From contig JBOZIK010000001.1 of the NCBI GenBank assembly GCA_051453625.1, positions 46,182,951 through 46,239,436 on the forward strand: 56,486 nt of DNA, in the 5' to 3' direction. Position 1 is the first letter of the stretch; each line of letters opens with the position of its first letter. Positions 14,726 to 27,164 of the stretch are shown here, piece after piece. Origin of the DNA: Welwitschia mirabilis. Its lineage: Eukaryota. The notes under the pieces are model-generated. The model searched no databases. It worked only from the letters and a program-made list of their open reading frames with translations, and was not told the DNA's origin. Made by a program: the position numbers and the translations under genes.

Positions 14726-14831
14726 GTTATTTACCTCTAGAAATATCAATGAATTTTTTTTGTAAACATATTTTTAAGAATGTAAAAAAATCTAAACCAA
14801 GAAAATAACTAAAATGCAAGAAAAAATTAAA

Positions 14832-14968
14832 AAATATACATTTATGCAAAGAAAAACCATATTCTTTCTTGTTTTTTTATATGTCTCAAAGATTCAAGAT
14901 AAATATACATCTATGCAAAGAAAAACCATGTTCTTTCTTGTTTTTTATATGTCTCAAAGATTCAAGAT
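14832..14968. repeat. ~69-bp tandem duplication upstream of the A env-like ORF
   Basis: AAATATACAT(T/C)TATGCAAAGAAAAACCAT...GTCTCAAAGATTCAAGAT x2. Confidence 0.85.
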
Positions 14969-15869
14969 TTTTTTTTTAATAGAGAAATCTATGAAAATGA
15001 ACCCTAAGAAATCTTCTAAGAGAGACACATGTTAAGTGAGGACTTAAAAATGAGATCTTGTGGTTTCTTTTGTAAATAAAAAGGATTAAAACCCTAGAAT
15101 ACATCTATAAAATAGAAGATGTCTAAAATGCAAAACGTAGATAGCTACAAACTCAAAGATGTCTGCTATTAAAAAAACTTTTTAAAATATCTTTCTACTA
15201 TCGAGACACTAAAAAAATTTAAGATGTTTATTTTGAAAAATTAAAATAATGTAGCTACCCTTCAAAGACATTTGTAAAACTTAAGACATCTGCTTTCAAG
15301 ATGGCTATAAATTTTAAGACATCTCATATAGAGACATTTATAAAACTAAAGATGTCTATAATAAAAGTTCTAGATTTTTCAAAATGATTTATGACTAAAC
15401 ATAATAATAATACTTTAAAAAGATAAATATAAATCACATAATTTAATTTTAACTACATCTAACTACATCTAATCATAATCTCAACTCATAAGATAAATAC
15501 AATGTGGAGTTGAAAATCTAAATAATATTACCTATTTACTTATGTAATTGGATAAGGCCTAATCTCCAGGTTCCTATACTACTCTATATATCTTTTAAAC
15601 CTTGAGAATGTTTTATCACATTGTCAAGTAGATCAATGATACCTTAAATCATAATGCCTTTATTAAGCCTTTTGTGTTGTGTTGTGGCGTTTCCATATGC
15701 TTCATAGATTCGAATGTCTTCTAATGTTGATGGTCCTCTTATTATTTTCTTTTTGATTAAGTTCTTTATTCCATGACTAGGCTTTTCTTCTCTTATTTTT
15801 CTTAACAGACAGTTGGTTTTATTATTGGATGTATTTTACAAGGTATTTTTTACTTGAAGTATTGGTTTT

Positions 15870-17564
15870 GCTTTTGATACCCAAACATTTCATCCTGCAT
15901 AAAATGATGTACCAATTATACTATGCTTCTTGGAACTATTAGTATAATACATTCTTTAAATTTCATTGGACATCTATGTCAATAATGATCTTTATTATGA
16001 AAATAATAGAAAATGATATTATTTTTAAATTCTAAGTGTTCATACCTTAGCTCATAATTCCATTTGTTAGTAAAGGCAACTAAAATGCTAGTTGAGGCTT
16101 ATTTGTGTCCCACTTTAGTCCTGTCATTTGAATTTCTACATTATTCAAGCATGATATTCAAAGTATATTTTCCTTGAGTAAATTTTTTATTAATTCTGTT
16201 TGAAACTAATAGTTCCTATTTTACATACTCCAAATCACATGTTAGTCCACTAACCTTAGCTTTAAGAGCTTTGTTTTTAGAAGATAATTTAATACAAGCA
16301 TATTTTTCTTTTTTATAAGGTTCTTTATGAGTATGAAGTAATTTTTTCATCTTGGTACATAATTTTTGTAATTTAACAAAATCTTAAAAAATTAAAATAT
16401 ACCTTTTTTGAATACTCATACTTGTAGCATATTCAGTTTTTAAATCATACTCTTCTTCTATCTCATCATCTTCTTCTTTAGAGTGTGCAATAGCCATAAA
16501 GGAAGAATGAGCTTTTTTATCATTAAATGTTTCTTCTTTTGTAGCTTCTTCATCTTCATTCCATCTTGTAAAGAATGCTCTCTTCTTCTTTGGATTGTTG
16601 TTTTATTCCTTATTCTAAATTATGTTATCACTAGGACATCCAAGGCTATATCTGCTCATTCTCCACAAATCTAACATTCTATTGTTGAAACATTAGAAAA
16701 AAAGAAGAATTACTAGAATACTTACCTTTAAAGTTACCTTTTTCTTAGGATTTTAATGGTTTTATAAATTAATCTCTTTTTTTGTACTTGGGAGCAAGAA
16801 GTTTCTTTACTTTTCTTGTGATGAGGGCAATCTCCTCCTCTTTATAATTAGAGTTATCTTCCTCCTGTTCTTTTGTTACCTTTCCTTGTAAACCCTATTT
16901 ATGCCTTAACTTGCCTTAAAATTAATGGATTTTTCTTTTAAGGTTCCATCTTTTATGAGATTCATTTCAACTTCTATAAGGGCACTTTGTAGCTCTTCTA
17001 TCTTCATGGTATTGAAATCTCTTGACTCTTTTATAACTATAGTCTTAGTCCTATATTCAAGGTTTAGAGATTTAATAACTTTTTATATTACCTTTACCTC
17101 TGGAAGACTTTGTTCAATGCCATGTATTATGTTTATAATGTAAAGGCTCTAGTAAAGTAGTTGTGAAATCTTCCTCCATGGTTTATCTTGATATTTTTGA
17201 ATTAGTTTGTCCATAGCGAAGCTTAGATTATTTGACAACTAAAGTTCCTTTATATATTCCAACAAGGACATTCCAAATTTCTTGTATTTTCTTATAACCT
17301 ACTATTCTATTAAATTCTTCTATTGTTAAAGCAGAATAAAATGCATTTTTAACTTTAGAATCATGCATGAAAGTAGCTTTATCTTTGTCTTTCCAATCTT
17401 TTCTTTTCTTGATCTGTGTAATGGTGTTCCCAGTAGCATTTGTTATGGTTATCATTGGATCTACATATCCTAATAGACTGTAAGTATAACCACATCCTCA
17501 TCTTCTAATAGGCATAACTTATCTCATCAAAGATTAGAGGTTCAACGGATGGCATCCCTTCCAT
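15870..17564 (-). pseudogene. gag: Copia (UBN2-type) gag of A, degenerate
   Basis: MEGMPSVEPLIFDEISYAY*KMRM; ORF 17228-17455 (KNAFYSALTIEEFNRIVGYKKIQEIWNVL); a degenerate zinc knuckle near 16670; ends near VWVSK (compare the SIRE gag-end VWVPK). Confidence 0.85.
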
Positions 17565-17602
17565 TGTTCACTTAATAAAGTTACTCCTTTTCATGAGTAC
17601 CC

Positions 17603-17614
17603 ACTTTGATACCA
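17603..17614 (-). promoter_or_regulatory. PBS (tRNA-iMet) of Copia A
   Basis: TGGTATCAAAGT on the minus strand (canonical TGGTATCAGAGC), 2 bp from the LTR. Confidence 0.85.
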
Positions 17615-17616
17615 CT

Positions 17617-19176
17617 TGAGGATCATTGAACTTAAAGGGGAGGGATGAATGAGTTTCATAAAATAAACATATTAATAGAATGAAAATGCTCAATGAAAAC
17701 ACCTTATCAAGATAACATGGTTCTCCAACCTGGGTATGTTCATATACAAAGGATATCTTCTACTCACACCTCTGGATATTCTTGACGGATAAGAAAATAG
17801 TGGTTTTTGGCATACCACTAAACTTACAATAAGTTAGAGTCTTCTTGCAAGATAACACTTTATTCCTTGTAAGGAAATAGTGGTTTTCGTAGGTACATCA
17901 TGAATCTTATAACAATGAGATTTTTTTCAAAATAAAGCACTCTCTTTCTCATAAGGAAATAGTGGTTTTCATAGGTGTATCACAAACCTTACGTAATAAG
18001 AATGTCTTCACAAGGTAGAACTTTCTTTCCCATATGAAAATAGTGGCTTTTGTAGGTACACCATGAACCTTACAATAATGGCAACTGCTCACAGGTATTA
18101 TCTCAAATGCACACTTGTACAAGGATTGCTTTATAAAGAGATTGATTCAATAATGGACTTGTAATAATATTCAATAATAAGATATTCCAATAAAATAATT
18201 ACCATAAATGCAATAACAACAAGCCTAAAGATATAGCTTTAAAGAAGCCTTGAGTTCCTTGTTACTATTATTATCACCATGAGTGAAAATGAATGATATA
18301 GTAAAGAGGGATCCAAGAACAAGTTATGTAAATAATACTAGCTTTTTTGCAAATGATTCTTTTAATCTTTTATAAGATTTTCTTTCACTATGCGATCTTT
18401 GTTTCATATTTGATCTGAACATTAAGTGCCAAAAGTTCAAGAGATCTATATTTATTNNNNNNNNNNCATAACATTGAGTCTTTATATGGTCAAAGAGGAT
18501 CTAGTCATTTGAGCTTGAAAGTTAGCTATTTAACTTCATAACTACCTTGCAATGGATAAGAAATGTCTAGTCTTTGGGTGCATATCTTTGTTTTTCATTG
18601 ACATAGACTTTGATCTAAGACATCTTCACATTTGTAGACATCTACTAATATTTAAACATCTTTATCTTATAGAAGTCTTTAGTGAACTTACCCAAATTTT
18701 GATGAAACTTGTTTTATATAATCCTTGGATCTTTATGATCATGAATCCACAGTGTACAAGTTGATTACTCATCTAAAACATAAGGTATTAGTCAAGATCC
18801 AAAGTAACTTTGTTACTTGTTTTGGCTTATTATAGATGTCTTTAGACATGTAGACATCTTCATCTATGTTAAGTTCAACTTTTAGCATAGTCATCTTTGA
18901 TGAGATAGGTGTCTTAATCTTATGTTGTAAATTTTGATACAGTAGAGATGTCTTCAATATTCTAGATGTCTTCACTAGAGATATCTTCACTTTTATAGAC
19001 GTCTTTAGACAACTAATTTGTAATTTTTTAATTGATTCTTTTTGTAAGATATTAACTTTAAAAATTCATCATTGTATAATTCTTATCAAGGTTTGACATT
19101 CTCTTTACAATGACGTATCTACACAAAGGCACAAAATATTTGATAAGTGGAATTATCAAAACTAGATTTACTAATA
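17617..19176 (-). repeat. 5' LTR of Copia A
   Basis: Runs TGAGGATC...GATTTACTAATA on +. Colinear with 10760-12311. Confidence 0.85.
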
Positions 19177-21087
19177 ATATGAATATAATCAATTTATCAT
19201 AAAAACACTTCTTCTATTAATTTTCATAATATTTATGAACTTGTGGTATTTTCATGATATTTTTAGCATGTTTGATGCATTTTGAAGGATATGCTAAAGT
19301 TTGAAGATCATCTAAGCAAGAATGCTAGTACTCTTATCTAGGACTACAGATACTACTAACTTATGAGGATAAAACACTTTAATTCTAACATTTATAATTT
19401 TTTATAAAGAATTAAATAAAATGTAGTTATGGACTTGATTAAATTTCACATAAAAAATAAATTGCATTCTTGATGAAATGTGATAGTAATGATGAGGACT
19501 TGTAGTATCGACAGATGATGTTGCTAAATAGGATAATAGTGGAGACACATTGTAATGATAGTGGCTAGTAGTAGCTAGAACATTTAAGAGTTAAGTGTTG
19601 GCATCATTATAAGAATCTCGAATGAATGTAAAAGGTGACAAACTGCCCTACCTAATGGCCTCATTATGTACATGCTCACCTAACACTATAAGCCAAAGGC
19701 TTGTAATCACCCCCTCCCTCTCATTTACTTATAAAAGGACCTTGAGCCCTTTATTATAATATCTTTCATTTAGATAAAGTATGAAATATTTGGAGTATTA
19801 GTCATGATGTCCTTTTGAGCACCTCTTTGGGAAGTGAGCTTGATTTCAAGGAATGTCTGAAGAGTCCTTTTTGCTTTCTTCATATTTGATGTAACGTGCC
19901 TTATTTTTCTAACTCAATACTAAGGAACATTTTCTTTTCATTACTGGTTTTAATATATTTTATACTAGAAATGATTTAGAAACATGTAATATTAAATTTA
20001 TTTGGTTAACCGAGTGAATTTGTTAAGTTAATTGATCTAAATATTACTAGTTTCATAGATCTTATGCACCATAAGTTTACACTTTCTATTTTTATTACAA
20101 GACTGAGAAGGATCAATTACTTTTGACTTCACTAATACTTATATGATGAATGAGATTATATCACTGTGATTTAAGCCTTTACACTTGATTATCTAAAGCT
20201 TGTTTTAGGATAAGACAATATATGGTTTAGTAAGGACTTGCAAGGGATGAATTGGGTGATCCTTTAGAGCTTGCTTGCTTACCTTTTTTTTAAACAAAGT
20301 TTTAAGCATAATTCTAATATCTGTCTTTTTCCTTTTTTTTAATTATAACTTGTGTTAAACAAATTTAGTGTAAAACTTCTAAACCACTATCCATGTTATC
20401 CCTATGAAAAGGGAAATACTAAGTACATACTAAGTTAAATTCGATCCACTGTAAAACATGATTAGCTAGCATTGAGGCTAGCTTAATATTTCTTGTCAAG
20501 ATTGGGTTTTTCTTCATTAGTGTATTGCATAGTTTTCTTATGATAATAAAGTTATTAGCTTTCATTTCTTAATTTGAAGTTGTACTTTCATTTATACTTT
20601 TAATATTTGAAATGAATTTACATTTGCTAAATTAATTATATCTTTAGTATAAATTTTTTTTATGATTATTAGTATATGTTTCCTATTTTTCATACCTACA
20701 AATAAGTTATAATGAGCTAGAGTGACAAGAGGATATTACCACTACTTAGGTGGTAAATAAGATAGTTTCATCACACTTCAAGTCACAAAGATCTTAATGA
20801 ACTTAAAGTGGAAAACTTGCATTAAATAATTGAATGAAACATCTTTATTTGTTAAAACACTCATGTTATTTTTTAAGTGCTATGTCCATTTCCATACTCT
20901 CATGTATTAAACTTCCATTTTACTTCAATCCTTAAATTGAGGTCTTTCTTAAATCATTTGCTAAAGTAGCAATGCATAGTTTTACTATTTTCTATCAACT
21001 TTATGTCTATGAAGAGAATGACATTGGGTCCTCTCTAAAATGAAAGACCTAGTTTTTATTTGTTAAAGTTGACCACAAATAATATTT

Positions 21088-21105
21088 TGGCACTGTTGTC
21101 AGTGA
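21088..21105 (+). promoter_or_regulatory. PBS (tRNA-Asp type) of C; duplicate at 30500-30517
   Basis: TGGCACTGTTGTCAGTGA. Confidence 0.8.
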
Positions 21106-22249
21106 TAATTAGCATAATAGATTTATGATTGAGCATGCATTTTTTTTCTTGCATCTTAAATTTTAGTGTTTCATTTTTTGCATTTTTCAATGGTTGGTAC
21201 TAGTCATGTTTTAGTGATACTTAAATTAGTTTTAACTTTCATGTAGATTTCTACAATTCTTTTATTCTCTAATAATGGATACTTGTCCATTTTCCATGAT
21301 ACCTAAACTAGTCTTAAGTTTTGGTCCTTTAGGTTTTATTAGAATGTTTTAACTTTAATGTAAAATATCATTATCATATCTATACTTTATGTGTAGGATT
21401 AACTAGTTTTTATATAATTTTTCTATTTGTTTTCTCATGAACTAATGACAAAGCAACAAACACTCAAAAAAAAGCAAATCAAAAAAAAAAGGAAAATAGG
21501 CAAGGATCATCTTCACTTTTATTTTCTACATTTAAATATAGTAGATTTTGTTTTTAGTTCTATATATGTGTAGATTTAGTTTTCTAACTTCTATTTTAAT
21601 TTTCTATAGCATCATTTTTTAAAGGTTTCATTTCATTTCATTTCTCTACCATTTTAATTTCTATGATTTATTTTCATTTTTAATTATACAAATCACTTTG
21701 CAATAAGCTAAATATAATTTACCTCTTTTCCTAAACATCTTTTGTCAAAACAAGTAGTACTATTGCCTGATATTACTAGAGACACTAGCCTTTTTATGAA
21801 ATCTACCTTCAAACTTTACATAAACACTCTTTTGAATCCTATAAACATTTTCTAGTCTTGAGCCTCTACTAAAGCCATGCTTTGGAAGCACAATACCATA
21901 GGAGATTAATTAAAATCCTGTCTAGATCAAACATGGATATCAACAATAGTGAATAAGATTTTTCTTTAGAAACCATTCAAGAGAAGGATCTCAAGGATAA
22001 TAAGAAATCAATTAAAATGAAAAATATACCTTATGAAATTCTCAAATTAATAGCTTGTCTTTCTTCTTCCCTTAGTATTTCTATTAGTTTTCATTCCATG
22101 TTTTAAACTAGCAATCATCCTAAAACATGAGCTACCTTTTTTTAGTGAATAAATAAAACTTATTTAATAATCCTTTTCGAAGATAAAATTTTAAGGATTA
22201 TCTTTAATTACAATATCTAAGTACACCTCCATGTATAATACAACCTCTA

Positions 22250-24250
22250 GTAGCATGGAAATTAGATTCTAAGTCATCTATCATTCAATGTCTCCTACAC
22301 TTCCATGGCCTTGAATCCAAAGATTCATACTTACATATAAAAAAATTTAAATATAAGCTATCAATTATGCCTCACTTCACTAACATAGCGAATGCAATTA
22401 GATTGATCATATTCCCTTTATCTTTAAAGAAAAATCCAAATCCTAGTTGTACATCTTAAAATCTCTTTTTATTATGACCTGGGCCAATTGAATAAATCCG
22501 TCATCACCAAACTCATTTATACTTGTTAACTAATTTAATTAAAATAGATATAATGAAATTTTAATAGAAAGTTCATAAAACCTTCTCATAAACCTTAGAA
22601 ATATTTAAGAACCTACTTTTAAATGTGCCTCATATGGTTTTGTCCCAGTGAGAGTAATTAATTTATTTTATGTAGAAGTATCATCAGATAATATACAATT
22701 AGTAGAACGATAAGTAGGAGTAATTTGTATAACCTTTAAATAAATGAAATTTAGATTACTTGGAATCAATTTCTCAAAGTTTGAATAATTGAAAAAAAGC
22801 CAACGAATGCTCTAGGTCCCACCATGGGATTAAGTCCACTAGTATCTTTATGGTTATATAAAACTTTGATGTTAATAACTAAATTGATAAATTTTCTAGA
22901 AAACTTAAATTCCTTACCTCATAACCCAAATTTGTAGCCCCTAAACTTAAACGCTTGATTTCCCACGTTGACACCCATGAAACTTCTAAATGTCCCTTGA
23001 TTCCTATCTTTTAAACACTATCAATTAATAAGTTAACATAGTAACACAATACTAATAGAACCATACAAATGAAAACCTTGGGTGGAGGAATGACCAAAAT
23101 TTCTCATACAAATTAGATAATAACCACAACCAAGATTTAATTATCTAACCTAGGAACTCATTTTCTTCATCTTATGTTTCTTATCCTTTACTTTCAAATC
23201 AATATCATTCATCCATCAAACCATCATCCCTCATTATAAAACACTTTAAAAGATATGCTACATAAATCCATGAAGTCACAAACCCAAATCAACCTTGACC
23301 AATAATAGATTAATATGTAAAACTATTCCATCTTACACAAACTTGAATAAAACATTTAATAACTTAATCAAACTACCATCTATATTCTTTCTTCCCTTAA
23401 CCATTGAGAATAAGTAAATTTTCTCTAAGCCTTCAACCAAATCATAAAATCATTAAAATTATAGAACAATTAAAAACTAGCTACATTAAGAAAAGTAAGG
23501 CTATACACCTTAGAAGTCTAAAAGAAATAAACTAACAATTAGAACAAGACCAAATAGATAAGGGAACTACACCTATAAAAACCAATCAGGAAAACAAGCT
23601 TGTAGATAAATGAAAAAGTTAATACCTACTTATAAAAAACCTTTATAATTTCCACAATAGTTAGAAATAGAAAACATAATTTCAAAGAAGTTAGAATTAA
23701 CATTACCCTTTTAGAACGTGTACCTTCTTATGCTAAATTTATTAAAGATATATGCACTATAAAGAGGTAAATGAATTTTAAAAGTAAGATTTTTCTAGCT
23801 TAATAGACCAGCGTCATAATCTAGAAATAAATTCTACTTAACTAGAAAGACCCTGAATACCCCATAATAGCCATCACAATTAGAGATAGACATCTTAAAT
23901 AATCCTTATTAGATTTAAGAGATAGTGTCAACTTACTTCCCTATGACACATACAAAGAACTAAGTTTGAGCGAACTTAGAAATACCAAACTCCAATTATA
24001 ACTCATTGATAATTCCCTAAAAATAACATTAGAAGTAATTGAGGATGTTATTATTAAGGTGGATAGTTATTATTTCCTTAAGAACTTTATATTTCTAGAT
24101 ATAAAAGACATTGTTAATCACTTAGTGTCCATTATTTTAGGAATACCTTTCCTTACAACTTCTAATGCTCTAATTAACTATAGGCATAATCTCAGGAAAA
24201 CTTACTTTAACAACATGTGAATTAAATGTTTTTTAATGCCATTAAATTAC
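22250..24250 (+). pseudogene. gag: Degenerate gag + protease of C (copy 1)
   Basis: KSSIIQCLLHFHGLESKDSYLH, YAKFIKDICT, LLDLRDSVNLLPY, IILGIPFLTTSNALINYR. Confidence 0.8.
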
Positions 24251-24346
24251 ATCTAAGTGATGATAAAATTTAATATGTGGATGGGATATAAGGTATCCTC
24301 CTTGAATAATAACTTTCCACTCCTACACATGTTTATCATTAATGTA

Positions 24347-27164
24347 TGATAATTCACAAGGTCACTTTAGGGCTACAAATCTTACATGGCCAAAAATAAC
24401 TTTTACCAAAAGTATTAGGACTTTTGTTTGTAGTATAGTCCTATTGTCATTCTTTCTCAGATATAGATAACAAAAGCTATCAATAAAATAAGCATAAAAA
24501 TAAAAAGTAATAGAGATTAAAATTTAAAGAGCTAGCAATGAGACATAGCATTCAAACTAACATAAAAACTTCAAGGAAAAGCATAAGTACTTATAATGAA
24601 AATATATAACTTTACTTTTAAGTCATTCATAATGATATAATACACGATGACTATGAGTATTTTATTAGTTTAAGCTAAAGAACAATGGCATTATCTCATC
24701 CATCATAGACATGAGCGTGATATATTCAAGCCACATATCCTTCATAGTAAGGATAAAATAAGCATGAAAAATAGGAATCTTTCAAGATGGATCAAATAAA
24801 CATTTAGATTATGCAAGTCAAAATGAAAAGGAACATGATTAGACTAGATCTTAAAGTAAAAGAATGACTAAACCAATTCTAAGTTTATGACATTGACAAC
24901 TTGATATCAAAGTAATACATCAAGAACATGTAGTAATTTATCACTAGAATAAGTAAAGCATACAATCAAAAAATGTACTCATGCTAAAGCAAGAAGCACA
25001 TGATAGCTTTGTAGCTACTCCATCCCTAATGAAGGCTTAGAACGAGCTCATGACTAAACTTTTAATATCTTTAAATACCATAATGAAGTTACTTTCTTTA
25101 AATGAAATGAGGAAAGGTATTTATAGATCTAGATTAGGGTTTTTACCTAGGGTTTATAAGGCCTAATTAAATTATTCTAAATAATTCAAGCCTATATAAA
25201 ATAATTATTTAGACATGGGGCCAAATTGAGGGGTTCTTCTTAGAATATATTTCTCATGTATCTTCTCTTTACAGAAATTATATGTACATCACAAGGACTT
25301 AAGAAGATAAGTATGGTACTATTTTATTTTAAGAAACTGACATTACTATGCGTGTGACCAACATCATTGTCCAGTATGCCCCACATAGCTCAATCTCTTC
25401 CCATGATTCTCCTGATGCTACATTTAACTTACAAAATGATAGTGCTTAGACATATTAGTAGTGAAACAAGATATTCCTGGCATTAAGTGAAGGAAATTCA
25501 TGAAACCACCATGATGATTAATTAAACTCGCTAATAATGCCTTAATTTCTTGATATAAATGTTAATTTTTAAGTGTTATCATATCCCCTTCAAACTTTTG
25601 CTAGTTTCTTAGCAAAAACATGTTTCAAAAACTTAGAAACATGTCAAAAATTATGAGTCAATTCAATCAAGTATGAGAAGATGAAGCGTGCTATAGAACA
25701 AATTTGGCTAATGTGCTCTAAATTTACATTTTAATTAAAAGACAAGGCATGAAGAGTAATTACTTTAAGTGAAAATGTTAATCCCCTCAACCAAAGCTAA
25801 ACTTTATTCTCAAAGTTTTCAAAATGAAAAATTTAAATCTTAACACAATGAGGAATGAATGGCACATGTGCTAATATGGTCTAAAATTAGTTGGAAAAAG
25901 GAAACTAGAAAAAATATGTAATGCATGACTAAAATAAGAAAGATAAGTGCAAACTAATGCAAATGAAATATTAAAGTGAAAAAAACTTTAGTTGTAATAT
26001 CTTAAAGTTCTAAATCTAAAATATGTGGTTGTAATAGTTTAGAAATAACTCAAATAAGATCAAAAAATAAGGGGTTAATGTGATGATTTTAAAATGAAAA
26101 TGTGAAAGATGANNNNNNNNNNNNNNNNNNNNNNNNNNNNNNNNNNNNNNNNNNNNNNNNNNNNNNNNNNNNNNNNNNNNNNNNNNNNNNNNNNNNNNNN
26201 NNNNNNNNNNNNNNNNNNNNNNNNNNNNNNNNNNNNNNNNNNNNNNNNNNNNNNNNNNNNNNNNNNNNNNNNNNNNNNNNNNNNNNNNNNNNNNNNNNNN
26301 NNNNNNNNNNNNNNNNNNNNNNNNNNNNNNNNNNNNNNNNNNNNNNNNNNNNNNNNNNNNNNNNNNNNNNNNNNNNNNNNNNNNNNNNNNNNNNNNNNNN
26401 NNNNNNNNNNNNNNNNNNNNNNNNNNNNNNNNNNNNNNNNNNNNNNNNNNNNNNNNNNNNNNNNNNNNNNNNNNNNNNNNNNNNNNNNNNNNNNNNNNNN
26501 NNNNNNNNNNNNNNNNNNNNNNNNNNNNNNNNNNNNNNNNNNNNNNNNNNNNNNNNNNNNNNNNNNNNNNNNNNNNNNNNNNNNNNNNNNNNNNNNNNNN
26601 NNNNNNNNNNNNNNNNNNNNNNNNNNNNNNNNNNNNNNNNNNNNNNNNNNNNNNNNNNNNNNNNNNNNNNNNNNNNNNNNNNNNNNNNNNNNNNNNNNNN
26701 NNNNNNNNNNNNNNNNNNNNNNNNNNNNNNNNNNNNNNNNNNNNNNNNNNNNNNNNNNNNNNNNNNNNNNNNNNNNNNNNNNNNNNNNNNNNNNNNNNNN
26801 NNNNNNNNNNNNNNNNNNNNNNAAAGATGAATTTGAATTAGTTTATTTCTATAACCTTTTAATAAGTAATTAAGTTTTAAAAATACAACAAATGTAATCA
26901 AGAGTATCTATGAAAAAGGGGAATTTTTTTTCTCAAAATAGGGTGGAATGTTGGTTAGGAATGTCGATAGCACTAGCTTTGTTAAAAGTTAGACATCAAT
27001 TCTTACATTTCAGAACTTAACATTTGAATGAAGATGTTTAAAGTTACATGATATTTTAGAATAAAATCCAATTTTTTAAAAATAAAGCTTGATATTAATT
27101 TTCTATTAAACTCAAAAAACATTACAATAAAGCAAGATGCAAGTATAATGCATCCATTAAGGAG
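24347..27164 (-). mobile_element. Athila-like Gypsy element D: 3' LTR (24347-25581), PPT and 3' internal region (copy 1)
   Basis: LTR bounded by TGATAA...TTATCA. On the minus strand it is preceded by GCTAAGAAACTAGCAAAAGTTTGAAGGGGATA (Athila-type PPT region). Confidence 0.75.

Larger units (their letters stand above)
10760..19176 (-). mobile_element. SIRE/Sirevirus-like Ty1/Copia element A, non-autonomous (gag + env-like ORF, no pol)
   Basis: Paired ~1.55 kb LTRs (10760-12311; 17617-19176), tRNA-iMet PBS, PPT, Copia gag, degenerate TSD ACATT/ATATG (ATATT at the equivalent site of the B 5' LTR), and palindromic repeated motifs. Confidence 0.85.
4549..20464 (+). mobile_element. Athila-like Ty3/Gypsy element B, non-autonomous (gag-protease only), with Copia A inserted in its 3' LTR
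   Basis: Paired LTRs (4549-5870; 10694-10759 + about 19182-20464), tRNA-Asp-type PBS at 5876, PPT-like TTAGGAGGTG at 10684-10693, and degenerate 5-bp TSD GATAG (4544-4548) / GCTAG (20465-20469). Confidence 0.85.
3883..24346 (+). mobile_element. Athila-like Ty3/Gypsy element C (5' LTR about 3883-4548 + 20470-21082, split by B; PBS; gag-protease; interrupted at 24346 by D)
   Basis: LTR tip ACATGTAAAAATTGACATTTATC resembles the tips of B and D. PBS at 21088. Gag and protease remnants lie downstream. Confidence 0.7.

Noticed and set aside
26089-26901. Long ORFs of 242-270 aa in the track
   Set aside because: They are almost entirely X from the N gap.
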